Source: Candidatus Micrarchaeia archaeon
Lineage (GTDB): Archaea > Micrarchaeota > Micrarchaeia > CABMEP01
Length of the DNA: 49,532 nt
Direction of reading: 5' to 3'
NCBI GenBank assembly: GCA_038886535.1
Contig: JAVZXS010000005.1
Span: 1 to 49,532, forward strand
Shown here: one piece after another, positions 9,965 to 17,886 of the stretch
How the letters are laid out: each line of letters begins with the position of its first letter
Position numbering within the stretch: position 1 is the stretch's first letter
Program-made: the position numbers and the translations under genes
Notes under the pieces: generated by a model
Told to the model about the DNA's origin: nothing
The model's database searches: none
What the model saw: the letters and a program-made list of their open reading frames with translations, nothing else

Positions 9965-11368
9965 ATGCCAACAAAGCCAACACGTACAATGAGCGGAGTA
10001 ACTCCAATAGCAGTGGTGACAGAACCAAGGCCATGTCCACACGGCACCTGTGTTTATTGTCCAACTCTTGGTGTTCCACAATCATATACTCCTCTTAGTC
10101 CAGCAATTATGCGTGCAAAAGAACTAAATTATGATCCTTATAAGCAGGTTTTAGCTAGAATGAAATCTTTTGAGGTAATGGGTCATCCTACTGAAAAGAT
10201 AGAGTTAATTGTAATGGGGGGAACATTTACTGCTTATCCGGTTGATTATCAATATTGGTTTATCAAAAGATGCTTTGATGCAATGAACGGGATTGAAGCA
10301 AGAGATTTAGAAGAGGCAAAGAAGATTAATGAAAAAGCAAAGCACAGATGCGTTGCTTTGTGTATAGAAACAAGACCTGATTATTGTAAAGAGGAAGATG
10401 TTAAAAGAATGCTTGAGCTAGGTGCAACAAGATGTGAGATAGGAGTCCAGCTTCCAGACGATCATGTGTATAAATTAACTAAAAGGGGACATACAGTTAA
10501 AGATGTGGTTGATGCAACAAAAAGATTAAAGGATGCTGGATTCAAGGTAGGTTATCATCTTATGCCTGGATTGCCTGGTTCAACCATTGAAAATGATCTT
10601 AAAAGATTTAATGAAATATTCTACGATGAAAGATTTATGCCAGATCAGTTGAAGATATATCCAACGCAAGTGATGAAAGGGAGTGAACTTGAGTTATGGT
10701 ATAAAGAAGGAAAGTATAAGGCTTATTCGGATGATGAGATTCTTTATTTGCTTAAGGAAATAAAGCTCATGGTTCCTAAATGGGTAAGAATAATGAGAGT
10801 GATGAGGGAAATCCCACCTTCTTTCATAACAAACGGAACAAGGAAAATAGATATGCGCAATCTTGTTTATGATGAATTAAAAAAGGAAGGAAAGACATGT
10901 AAATGCATACGTTGTAGAGAGATAGGGTTTTCAATAGTTAAAGGAAAGATAAGCCGAGAGGAAGTGCAAAAAATAAGTTCAGATGATTTATATCTTATTG
11001 TTGACAAGTATCGTGCATCGGGAGGCCAGGAATATTTTATATCTTATGAGTATAAAGATTTCTTATTTGGATTGTGCAGATTAAGGATTATAGATGGTAA
11101 TAAAGATTTTGCATTTATAAGAGAATTGCACGTTTACGGCCCAGAATTAAGGATAAAGAGTCCAACTGAATCTACAAGCACTAAAAAGGCAATTCCAGTA
11201 CAGCATTCCGGCCTTGGGAGAAAATTGATGCAAAAAGCAGAGCAAATTGCAAAGGAAAACGGAATAAAGAAATTATTGGTAATCAGCGGGGTAGGGGTAA
11301 GAGAGTATTATAGAAAATTAGGCTACGAACTTGAAGGTCCATATATGGCAAAAGTATTGACAGAATAA
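9965..11368 (+). CDS. elp3: Elp3 tRNA U34 carboxymethyltransferase (radical SAM + KAT), short form
   Basis: RTMSGV, CPHGTCVYCP, MGGTF, IETRPD, PDQLKIYP, IRELHVYG, QHSGLGRKLM, VISGVGVREYYRKLGY. Confidence 0.96.
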   Translation: MPTKPTRTMSGVTPIAVVTEPRPCPHGTCVYCPTLGVPQSYTPLSPAIMRAKELNYDPYKQVLARMKSFEVMGHPTEKIELIVMGGTFTAYPVDYQYWFIKRCFDAMNGIEARDLEEAKKINEKAKHRCVALCIETRPDYCKEEDVKRMLELGATRCEIGVQLPDDHVYKLTKRGHTVKDVVDATKRLKDAGFKVGYHLMPGLPGSTIENDLKRFNEIFYDERFMPDQLKIYPTQVMKGSELELWYKEGKYKAYSDDEILYLLKEIKLMVPKWVRIMRVMREIPPSFITNGTRKIDMRNLVYDELKKEGKTCKCIRCREIGFSIVKGKISREEVQKISSDDLYLIVDKYRASGGQEYFISYEYKDFLFGLCRLRIIDGNKDFAFIRELHVYGPELRIKSPTESTSTKKAIPVQHSGLGRKLMQKAEQIAKENGIKKLLVISGVGVREYYRKLGYELEGPYMAKVLTE

Positions 11369-11397
11369 AAAACCAATAAAAGCAAATAATTTGATTA

Positions 11398-11541
11398 TTA
11401 TGGACCTTCAAATCCTGAAGGTGTTTTGTAAGGTATTCCGTTCTCCTTGCAGTGCTTGCATCTTACTATCTTTTCACCTTCTGGACTTTCAAATTCAGTG
11501 TAATTCTTTGCTTGTTTTCCACAGCTAATGCATATTTTCAT
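11398..11541 (-). CDS. Small Zn-ribbon protein of the DUF1610/COG2888 (HVO_2753-like) family, 47 aa; absent from the ORF track
   Basis: Hand translation: MKICISCGKQAKNYTEFESPEGEKIVRCKHCKENGIPYKTPSGFEGP*. It has the family-typical C-terminal GFEGP, SD aggtga upstream, and lies next to EF-1beta. Confidence 0.85.
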   Translation of the reverse strand: MKICISCGKQAKNYTEFESPEGEKIVRCKHCKENGIPYKTPSGFEGP

Positions 11542-11690
11542 AAATTCACCTTTAAAAATGATCTATAAAAATAGACCTTAATGAAATAATATAGTGGATT
11601 ATGTTTTTATAGCTTTCTCTAAGAATTTAATTCTCTAAAGTTAGATATTAATATTTAAATTTTTTTTCTATAAATAAATATTGTGATATC

Positions 11691-11936
11691 ATGGGAGACG
11701 TAATGGTAACAGCAAAAATTTATTCACATGATCCATCTAAATTTGAATCGATAAAGGCAGAGATAGCAAAGATAGGTAGACTTGCAGATTCAAGAATAGA
11801 GGATGTTGGATTTGGAGTTAAGGCTCTTAAGGTTCTTTTTATCGTGCCAGATAATTTAGGTGGAGACATGGAAGAAAAGCTAAATTCAATCGAAGGAGTT
11901 AGCCAGGCCCAGATAGAAGAGGTTAATCTTGTTTGA
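11691..11936 (+). CDS. ef1b: Archaeal translation elongation factor 1-beta
   Basis: MGDV.V..KI, EDVGFGVKAL, EEKL..IEGVSQ; 81 aa; adjacent to the DUF1610 gene. Confidence 0.92.
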   Translation: MGDVMVTAKIYSHDPSKFESIKAEIAKIGRLADSRIEDVGFGVKALKVLFIVPDNLGGDMEEKLNSIEGVSQAQIEEVNLV

Positions 11937-11964
11937 GTCTGGCAAAAAAATTGAGGTTGTTTTA

Positions 11965-12333
11965 ATGAAAAAAGTTAAAAAAGAAATAATCGCCTCTAAG
12001 GAAAAAGTGGAAAAAATAGAGGCAGGTTTGAAGACGAAGTTCATATCCTATCTGATGCTGATTCTTGCTTCTTCTATATTCTTATGGTTTACAATGTTCA
12101 GCGATTTTGCGCTGATAGCATGGATTTTAATAGCTATAATTGGCGGTTATATCATACTAAACTACGACCTTTTCGTATCTAAAGCATTGGTTGTTTTATC
12201 CGCTTTCGTAATGGAGTATATAGTGCTAAGCAGTTTTTCGAATCTTTTAATATGGGGATCGCCAGGTAATATACTTCTTATCACATTCATAGTTCTTGAC
12301 CTGGTTCTGATCTATGCATTATCAAAACTATAA
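11965..12333 (+). CDS. Hypothetical 4-TM membrane protein
   Basis: Basic N-terminus then four hydrophobic segments; ATG 11965 is preceded by gaggttg. Confidence 0.7.
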   Translation: MKKVKKEIIASKEKVEKIEAGLKTKFISYLMLILASSIFLWFTMFSDFALIAWILIAIIGGYIILNYDLFVSKALVVLSAFVMEYIVLSSFSNLLIWGSPGNILLITFIVLDLVLIYALSKL

Positions 12334-12389
12334 TTTTTTAACTGTTTATTTTTATTATCTAATTTTATTGTAATTTAGTTTTTATCTGT

Positions 12390-12587
12390 TTATTGTGCAA
12401 GCCTAATGTCGTCAGCAGTGATTGTTTTTCTTCCTGCGTGTCTTGCAAGTTTTGCAGCCTTTGAAGCAATCTCCATTCCTTTCTGCTCAAGTATGACTGC
12501 TAGTGCTTCAGCCGCTTCTCTGCTTACTCTATTCCCACCTGCTGCTCTTATAATTCTTTCAACAGATGCTACAGACAAATTTCCCAT
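12390..12587 (-). CDS. Archaeal histone (HMf family)
   Basis: L..A.VERII..AG..RVS..A, A...ARHAGRKTI...DI; SD aggtga. Confidence 0.95.
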   Translation of the reverse strand: MGNLSVASVERIIRAAGGNRVSREAAEALAVILEQKGMEIASKAAKLARHAGRKTITADDIRLAQ

Positions 12588-12599
12588 CAAATCACCTTT

Positions 12600-13070
12600 C
12601 TACATTAATCTAGACAGTATGTTAATTATCATATCTTGATATCCGATAATTCCAGTTATTATCGAAACAATAGCAAAAACTGCAGCAGCTGTTGCTATTC
12701 TGCAATGCAATTTCATTTTTCCGCCTGGTTTTATTAGTATTGGTAATAGCGAGAGAATCAATGCTAAAAAGCCAGCTATATAATGTATATTTCTTATATC
12801 TGCATTTAGTGAGATGACAAATCCATATTGCCAGGAGAAATACAGGCTTGCCAATCCGGTGATTGCCATTATGTATGCTATTTCTTTGTGGAATTTTTTC
12901 TGCTTCATTCTGAACTGTATTGCCAGATATACAATTAATATAGATGAAACAAGTGAGGTTAAAATGTGCCATAAAGCAATGGTCTGTCTTTTCCCCAACT
13001 GATTGTCAGGTCTGTAAGCAAATAGATTAAAAAGAATTAGAACCAATATAAACAAAGGTTTGATATTCAT
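12600..13070 (-). CDS. Membrane protein with four His-bearing TM helices (possibly cytochrome b561-like)
   Basis: WHILTS, FHKEIA, IHYIAG and LHCRIA each open a TM helix; SD aggtga overlaps the mscS stop codon. Confidence 0.6.
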   Translation of the reverse strand: MNIKPLFILVLILFNLFAYRPDNQLGKRQTIALWHILTSLVSSILIVYLAIQFRMKQKKFHKEIAYIMAITGLASLYFSWQYGFVISLNADIRNIHYIAGFLALILSLLPILIKPGGKMKLHCRIATAAAVFAIVSIITGIIGYQDMIINILSRLM

Positions 13071-13079
13071 ATTTTCACC

Positions 13080-14153
13080 TTATTTTTTAATATAAACAGT
13101 TCTTGTTGGATATGCCATTTGTATTCCTTCTTTCTTAAATCTCTTCAATATTTCAATATTTATTTCATTTTGTACTTTTGCATATACATTGTAATCATTT
13201 GATGAAATTGTGTAAAGTACTTCGTACATCAATGCAGAGTCACCAAAGCTTTTGAAGAAAACTCTTTCAACCTTTGCTATTTGTTTTCCTTCGTATTTTT
13301 TATTTTCGATTATTTCTTTTATAATTTTAGGAATTTTTTCTAGTTTGCTTGGAGGCGTTTCGTAAGTCACACCTAACGTAAAGGTTATTCTCCTAAAATT
13401 CATTCGTTTGTAATTGTGTATAATTGAATCAACAAGCAATCTATTTGAGACAATTATTTCATCTCCTTCAACAGATTCTATTCTTGTTGTTTTTAGACCG
13501 ATCTTCTTTATAGTTCCTTTTTCATTTCCGACTACGATATAATCTCCTTTCTTGAAAGGCTTGTCAAAATAAATAGAGAATGAAGCAAAAATATCTGCCA
13601 GTATATTTTGAAGTGCGAATGCAATTGCAATACCTCCAATACCTAAACCAGCTATCAATGCAGTTATATCAAAACCAAGGTTAGATAGGAATAATAGAAT
13701 TGCAATGAACCATATTATGTACTTTACCACATCTCTCATCAGGTGAAGTTGTGAGAAGTCTGTTTCATGATATCTTTTCGTTTGCTCCAGTTCTATTTTT
13801 GCAAATAGATGCTCTATTATTTTGTGTGAGAATTTAACAACATAATATGCGACAGTTATAAGCAAAGAATAGTAAAGCAAGGTATGTATTATAGGTGGCA
13901 GAACTAAAAATGTTGTACTTACATATATAGAAAGCACGATATAGAAGAAAATATTGATACTATTTACATACTCTATCATCTTATCATCAAAGGTTGTTTT
14001 CGTTCTCTTTGTTATCTCTTTTAGTTGTACAAGAACTATTTTTTTTATTACAAATATGACTAGCCACGTAAGTAGAAAAATTCCCATTGCAATTAAATAG
14101 TCAAATACCGTATTTCCAAAGATATTAAGTTTTAGTATCTCGTCGTATGTCAT
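13080..14153 (-). CDS. mscS: Small-conductance mechanosensitive channel
   Basis: LIAGLGIGGIAIAFALQNIL.D.FAS..I.FDKPF..GD, IGLKTTRI, GI..AYP. Start placed at ATG 14153 because the track's upstream extension overlaps a tRNA. Confidence 0.93.
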   Translation of the reverse strand: MTYDEILKLNIFGNTVFDYLIAMGIFLLTWLVIFVIKKIVLVQLKEITKRTKTTFDDKMIEYVNSINIFFYIVLSIYVSTTFLVLPPIIHTLLYYSLLITVAYYVVKFSHKIIEHLFAKIELEQTKRYHETDFSQLHLMRDVVKYIIWFIAILLFLSNLGFDITALIAGLGIGGIAIAFALQNILADIFASFSIYFDKPFKKGDYIVVGNEKGTIKKIGLKTTRIESVEGDEIIVSNRLLVDSIIHNYKRMNFRRITFTLGVTYETPPSKLEKIPKIIKEIIENKKYEGKQIAKVERVFFKSFGDSALMYEVLYTISSNDYNVYAKVQNEINIEILKRFKKEGIQMAYPTRTVYIKK

Positions 14154-14168
14154 TTTATCTACCCTTAG

Positions 14169-14254
14169 TGCAGGGGGTGGGATTTGAACCCACGTAGCCA
14201 CTACGGCACCAACCCCTGAAGCTGGCGCATTTGACCTGGCTCTGCCACCCCTGC
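14169..14254 (-). tRNA. tRNA-Leu(CAG), intronless, long variable arm, CCA not encoded
   Basis: Reverse complement GCAGGGG...CCAGC-TTCAGGG-GTTGG...GTGGG-TTCAAAT-CCCAC-CCCCTGC-A; acceptor, anticodon and T stems all pair. Confidence 0.95.
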
Positions 14255-14388
14255 AGTTGATTAATCTAAGTAATCGAAGTCGAATAGTGAAACATATATG
14301 CAATTTTAAGTTTAAAATATTATCATTGTCTGGATAAAAGCCGTGTCATTATTTTAGGTGTTTTAAACATCTTTTTTCGCTAGAAAAT

Positions 14389-14407
14389 GAAACATTTATA
14401 TATAAAA
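14389..14407 (+). promoter_or_regulatory. BRE/TATA promoter, probably giving a leaderless mRNA for the PolB-like gene
   Basis: gaaacatttatatataaaa, with the TATA box about 25 nt before ATG 14424. Confidence 0.55.
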
Positions 14408-14423
14408 ATAATGTCAAAATATC

Positions 14424-17400
14424 ATGCATAATAACGATTTGAAAGAGAATAATCATATTATTAGAAATCAATCAATAGATTCGCAAGAGGATGATTCGTT
14501 TTGGAATGATACTCCTTTAGATGAAGAACCTTCTTTCGAGGCAAAGCATAATGAGCTTCATTTATTTTCAGAAGAAGAGGAGAAGAAAAAGATTCAGCCT
14601 TTCTGGTTTGTTAGCTATGTTGGTTTTGAGGAGTACGAGTCAAAAAGGAATCGTCTGATTATGAATTTAAGAAGATGGTCTTTGTCCTCTCCTGAAACTG
14701 TTACTGTTTATATTAATCATCCGATTACTATTTCAACAAGTCCTTTTTATGATTACGATTCGTTATATACTTATCTTGAGAAATTGAACAAATCCATGGA
14801 TAAGACATACAAGATTACATGTTATCTCTCTTATGCAGATAGAGATAAAAAAACAGAATTAGAAAAAAAATTTCCTGATTTTGAATTTGTTATTGACAAT
14901 ATCAAATCATCAGTTGTTAATGCAACGGTCCCATGCGAAAAAAGGACATTGGATAATTTTGAAAAGCTAGGCTTCCAAACAAAAAACATTAACAAGTCGA
15001 TAAGGAGACAGTTGGGCTGGATGTATAAAAAAGTAAAAATTTCAAGCGAACTAGAATACATCTTTTCTAAGATTAAGGAGCTTAATGAATTAGATTCTAT
15101 TTTGATTGAAAAGATCTCTAAATTTTATGGAAAAGATTCAAAACACTATGATAAAATCTTGGTTGCAAAGATAACTAGAGCAGTCAATGATTTTCGGCAT
15201 TTTTATTTAGAGGGCAATAAGATTTCAGATTTCTTAACAGAGAATAGCGGAATATTAAGGGGTAAGCACCCTATCGTATATAGAATTTTTAATTCAAATG
15301 AAAGTTTTGCGAGAGAATTAGAAGAAATTGGAATTAAATTCGGAAGCCTTAGGTTCTCTCTTGATCTTGCTGCAAAATCTTTGAATAACCAGAATTCAGT
15401 AATTTACAATTGGGATAACGAGCAATATGAATTAGTGTTGCAACCTAAAAGCGAACTAAATCCATATGTGAAAGGAGGGACAGAACCCGAAGGAATGCTT
15501 TTGACAGATGAAAGAATTCCATATGTTTGTTGGAAGTCGCTTTCAACATGTTTCATAGACATTGAGAAACCAATGTGGAAGACAGAAGAGGAAAGAAAGA
15601 TAATGCAGGAAATTTCAGAGCTGCAAGCAGAGCTTGCAAATAAGAATTCAACTAGAGATCCATCTGAGATAAACGAAAAAATTCAGGAATTGAGTAAGAA
15701 AATGGTAATGAAAACAAATCAGTCTGGAGATGTGAACCTACTTGAGGACAGGTATAAAGAGCAGATTTCTAGAGTAATGATACATCTAAGAAAAGAAGAC
15801 GGTTCTATGAAACGATTTTATTTCAAGCTCAGAAATACTGCAATCAATGATGAAATAAAAGAGATAAATGGATTCACAGTCCTTTACTTTGACACAGAAT
15901 ATGAATTACTTAATGCAGTGATCAAATTCATCAAGCAGGAAAAACCTTACAGAATTGTAGGCCATGTTATACCTTACGATCTTTCAGAATTAAGAGACAG
16001 CGCAAGAAAGAATAAAACTGAACGTTTCGAAATAGCAGTAAAGAAAAAGGAACCAAGGCTTTGGAGACGTGATTTTTACCAGAAGATATCTCTTGCAGCG
16101 CAGGAAATACTTGATACACATCGTTTGGCTTCTGTTTGGTTCCCATATCTTAAGATGAAACCATTTGATCTTTCGCATAAGCTTGCAGATGTTGCAAATT
16201 TCATATATTTGCAGAAAAAGCGAATGTGCATTAAAACAGTAATGGATACAGAATTTCACAAAATAGCAACGCATAATGAACTTAAAGAATTAGAGATAAT
16301 GGCAATAAATGGAAACAAGGATGCAGAATACAAACTCGACTTTTACTCTACTCACGATATCGATCCATTGATAGAGATATTCGATTTTGAGCCTACACTT
16401 AAGCTTTTGTATAAGGCAGCGGCGATGGCACCCCATGTTCCAATAACAGATGTAGCATTTTCTCCAACTTCAATGAACGAAATATTTCATCTTCGTGAAT
16501 GGAAGGTCCGCCATACTCAGTTGCATTACGGCTACAAACAAAAAAAGAGAGAGGATGAAAGGCAGATTTTCAAAAAGAGACTTAACGAATACATGAAAAG
16601 GCAGTTGATGGATGAGGGAATACCTCAAATAAAGCCGGGATTATATTATGATGCATATATGACATACATTCCATTAGAACTTATGTTGTCATCAACTTTC
16701 TTTCCTTCTCAACCAGAATGGAGTTCATATTTCAAATCATTACATTATGATCCTATAATAAAGATAGCCGAACTTCAATATCCAAAATATTTCATGAGGC
16801 AGAATATACATGTTGACTACTACTTATACAGGAGAGAAATGGACATTTACAGAGAAATTTTGAGGCTACTTAATATATCTAAAGACGAGGCAACGAACCT
16901 GATGCAGAAGTACTATGTAGCTGTTGCAAAGGCAGACGGTACGGCAATTGGAACTCGAAGTAAAAAAGAGTTCGTCAAGCAATCTTTAGTTAGACAGTAT
17001 TATGCTACCTATGAAACTGTTAAGGATAAGTTTAGATCATTTTATATATCATTAAAAACAAAAGACAAAAAGGCAAGCAGAAAGATAAAGAATCACATAA
17101 GAAAAGGAAGCACAAGAAGAGAAGATAATCAGCTTACGTTTAATTTCGTTAATTTCTTTGAAAAAGAAAATAGCGACATAATAAAGCTCTATAACCTTCC
17201 AAGCGATTTAGAGTCCACTTTAGAAGAATCGTCAAAAGAGAAATTGGATAGATTCAAATCACAATTTGAACGTCTTATGAAGATAAATGATAAGATTGTT
17301 TCAATATTAGCCAAGTCTGAATACTCAGATATTACTGATAGGATATCAGCAGAGAATATGGTATTTTTATTCAACCAGTATATGCGTGCAATGCATTACA

Positions 17401-17684
17401 AAGATATGTTCAATGCAGTATATCAGATAAATCCAGAAGGCAAATTCTCTTTCAGAACTTTGATAGACAATGCATATAAAACAATAGGCGAATGGATAAA
17501 AGGTAAAAATTTATATGTTATAGGTGCAAAAGGCGATTACCTTTTCATTAAAGATAAAGATGGAAAAGACATAGATTTCACCGATTCTCCACTAATCCCA
17601 ATAAGGAAATTCGATAAGCTTGATTTGATTGGAGATGAGGAAGATACAGATACATTTTTAGAAGAATTAGAAAATTACGATTAA
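14424..17684 (+). CDS. Divergent family-B DNA polymerase homologue: DEDDy exonuclease acidic residues intact, polymerase site inactivated, no thumb
   Basis: ExoI FIDIEKP, ExoII EYELL..VIKFIKQEKP..IVGHVIPYDL, ExoIII YSTHD. Motif A region KPGLYYDAYMTYIP (Asp to Tyr), motif B KDMFNAVY, motif C VIGAKGDYLFI. The protein ends about 45 aa after motif C. Confidence 0.75.
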   Translation: MHNNDLKENNHIIRNQSIDSQEDDSFWNDTPLDEEPSFEAKHNELHLFSEEEEKKKIQPFWFVSYVGFEEYESKRNRLIMNLRRWSLSSPETVTVYINHPITISTSPFYDYDSLYTYLEKLNKSMDKTYKITCYLSYADRDKKTELEKKFPDFEFVIDNIKSSVVNATVPCEKRTLDNFEKLGFQTKNINKSIRRQLGWMYKKVKISSELEYIFSKIKELNELDSILIEKISKFYGKDSKHYDKILVAKITRAVNDFRHFYLEGNKISDFLTENSGILRGKHPIVYRIFNSNESFARELEEIGIKFGSLRFSLDLAAKSLNNQNSVIYNWDNEQYELVLQPKSELNPYVKGGTEPEGMLLTDERIPYVCWKSLSTCFIDIEKPMWKTEEERKIMQEISELQAELANKNSTRDPSEINEKIQELSKKMVMKTNQSGDVNLLEDRYKEQISRVMIHLRKEDGSMKRFYFKLRNTAINDEIKEINGFTVLYFDTEYELLNAVIKFIKQEKPYRIVGHVIPYDLSELRDSARKNKTERFEIAVKKKEPRLWRRDFYQKISLAAQEILDTHRLASVWFPYLKMKPFDLSHKLADVANFIYLQKKRMCIKTVMDTEFHKIATHNELKELEIMAINGNKDAEYKLDFYSTHDIDPLIEIFDFEPTLKLLYKAAAMAPHVPITDVAFSPTSMNEIFHLREWKVRHTQLHYGYKQKKREDERQIFKKRLNEYMKRQLMDEGIPQIKPGLYYDAYMTYIPLELMLSSTFFPSQPEWSSYFKSLHYDPIIKIAELQYPKYFMRQNIHVDYYLYRREMDIYREILRLLNISKDEATNLMQKYYVAVAKADGTAIGTRSKKEFVKQSLVRQYYATYETVKDKFRSFYISLKTKDKKASRKIKNHIRKGSTRREDNQLTFNFVNFFEKENSDIIKLYNLPSDLESTLEESSKEKLDRFKSQFERLMKINDKIVSILAKSEYSDITDRISAENMVFLFNQYMRAMHYKDMFNAVYQINPEGKFSFRTLIDNAYKTIGEWIKGKNLYVIGAKGDYLFIKDKDGKDIDFTDSPLIPIRKFDKLDLIGDEEDTDTFLEELENYD

Positions 17685-17716
17685 GCTTTTAGATGGAATT
17701 CATTAATATCTACATA

Positions 17717-17789
17717 TGGGGCCGTCGAGATTTGAACTCGAATCACCAGCTCCCGAAGCTGGCAGCGTACCAGGTTAGCCCACGGCCCC
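17717..17789 (-). tRNA. tRNA-Pro(CGG), intronless, CCA not encoded
   Basis: Reverse complement GGGGCCG...CCAGC-TTCGGGA-GCTGG...TCGAG-TTCAAAT-CTCGA-CGGCCCC-A. Confidence 0.95.
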
Positions 17790-17886
17790 TTAGGATCGAA
17801 TACTTCTTTATCTATTATCGCTGTCAAATATTTAAACCTATATCAATTACAGCAGTTCTTTTAAATTTATATTCGCATATCTTTTT

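Noticed and set aside
14169..14254. tRNA-Sec or opal suppressor (TCA in the anticodon loop)
   Set aside because: The 5-bp stem CCAGC/GTTGG centres CAG in the 7-nt loop; the 7-bp acceptor stem and A discriminator fit tRNA-Leu.
14154..14303. N-terminal 50 aa of the 407-aa MscS ORF in the track
   Set aside because: It is a read-through of the tRNA-Leu gene; the real start is most likely ATG 14153.
14169..17789. PolB-like gene as a tRNA-integrated element (casposon or provirus)
   Set aside because: No integrase, Cas1 or terminal repeats, and no duplicated tRNA 3' end; the two tRNAs share only generic T-loop and anticodon-stem bases.
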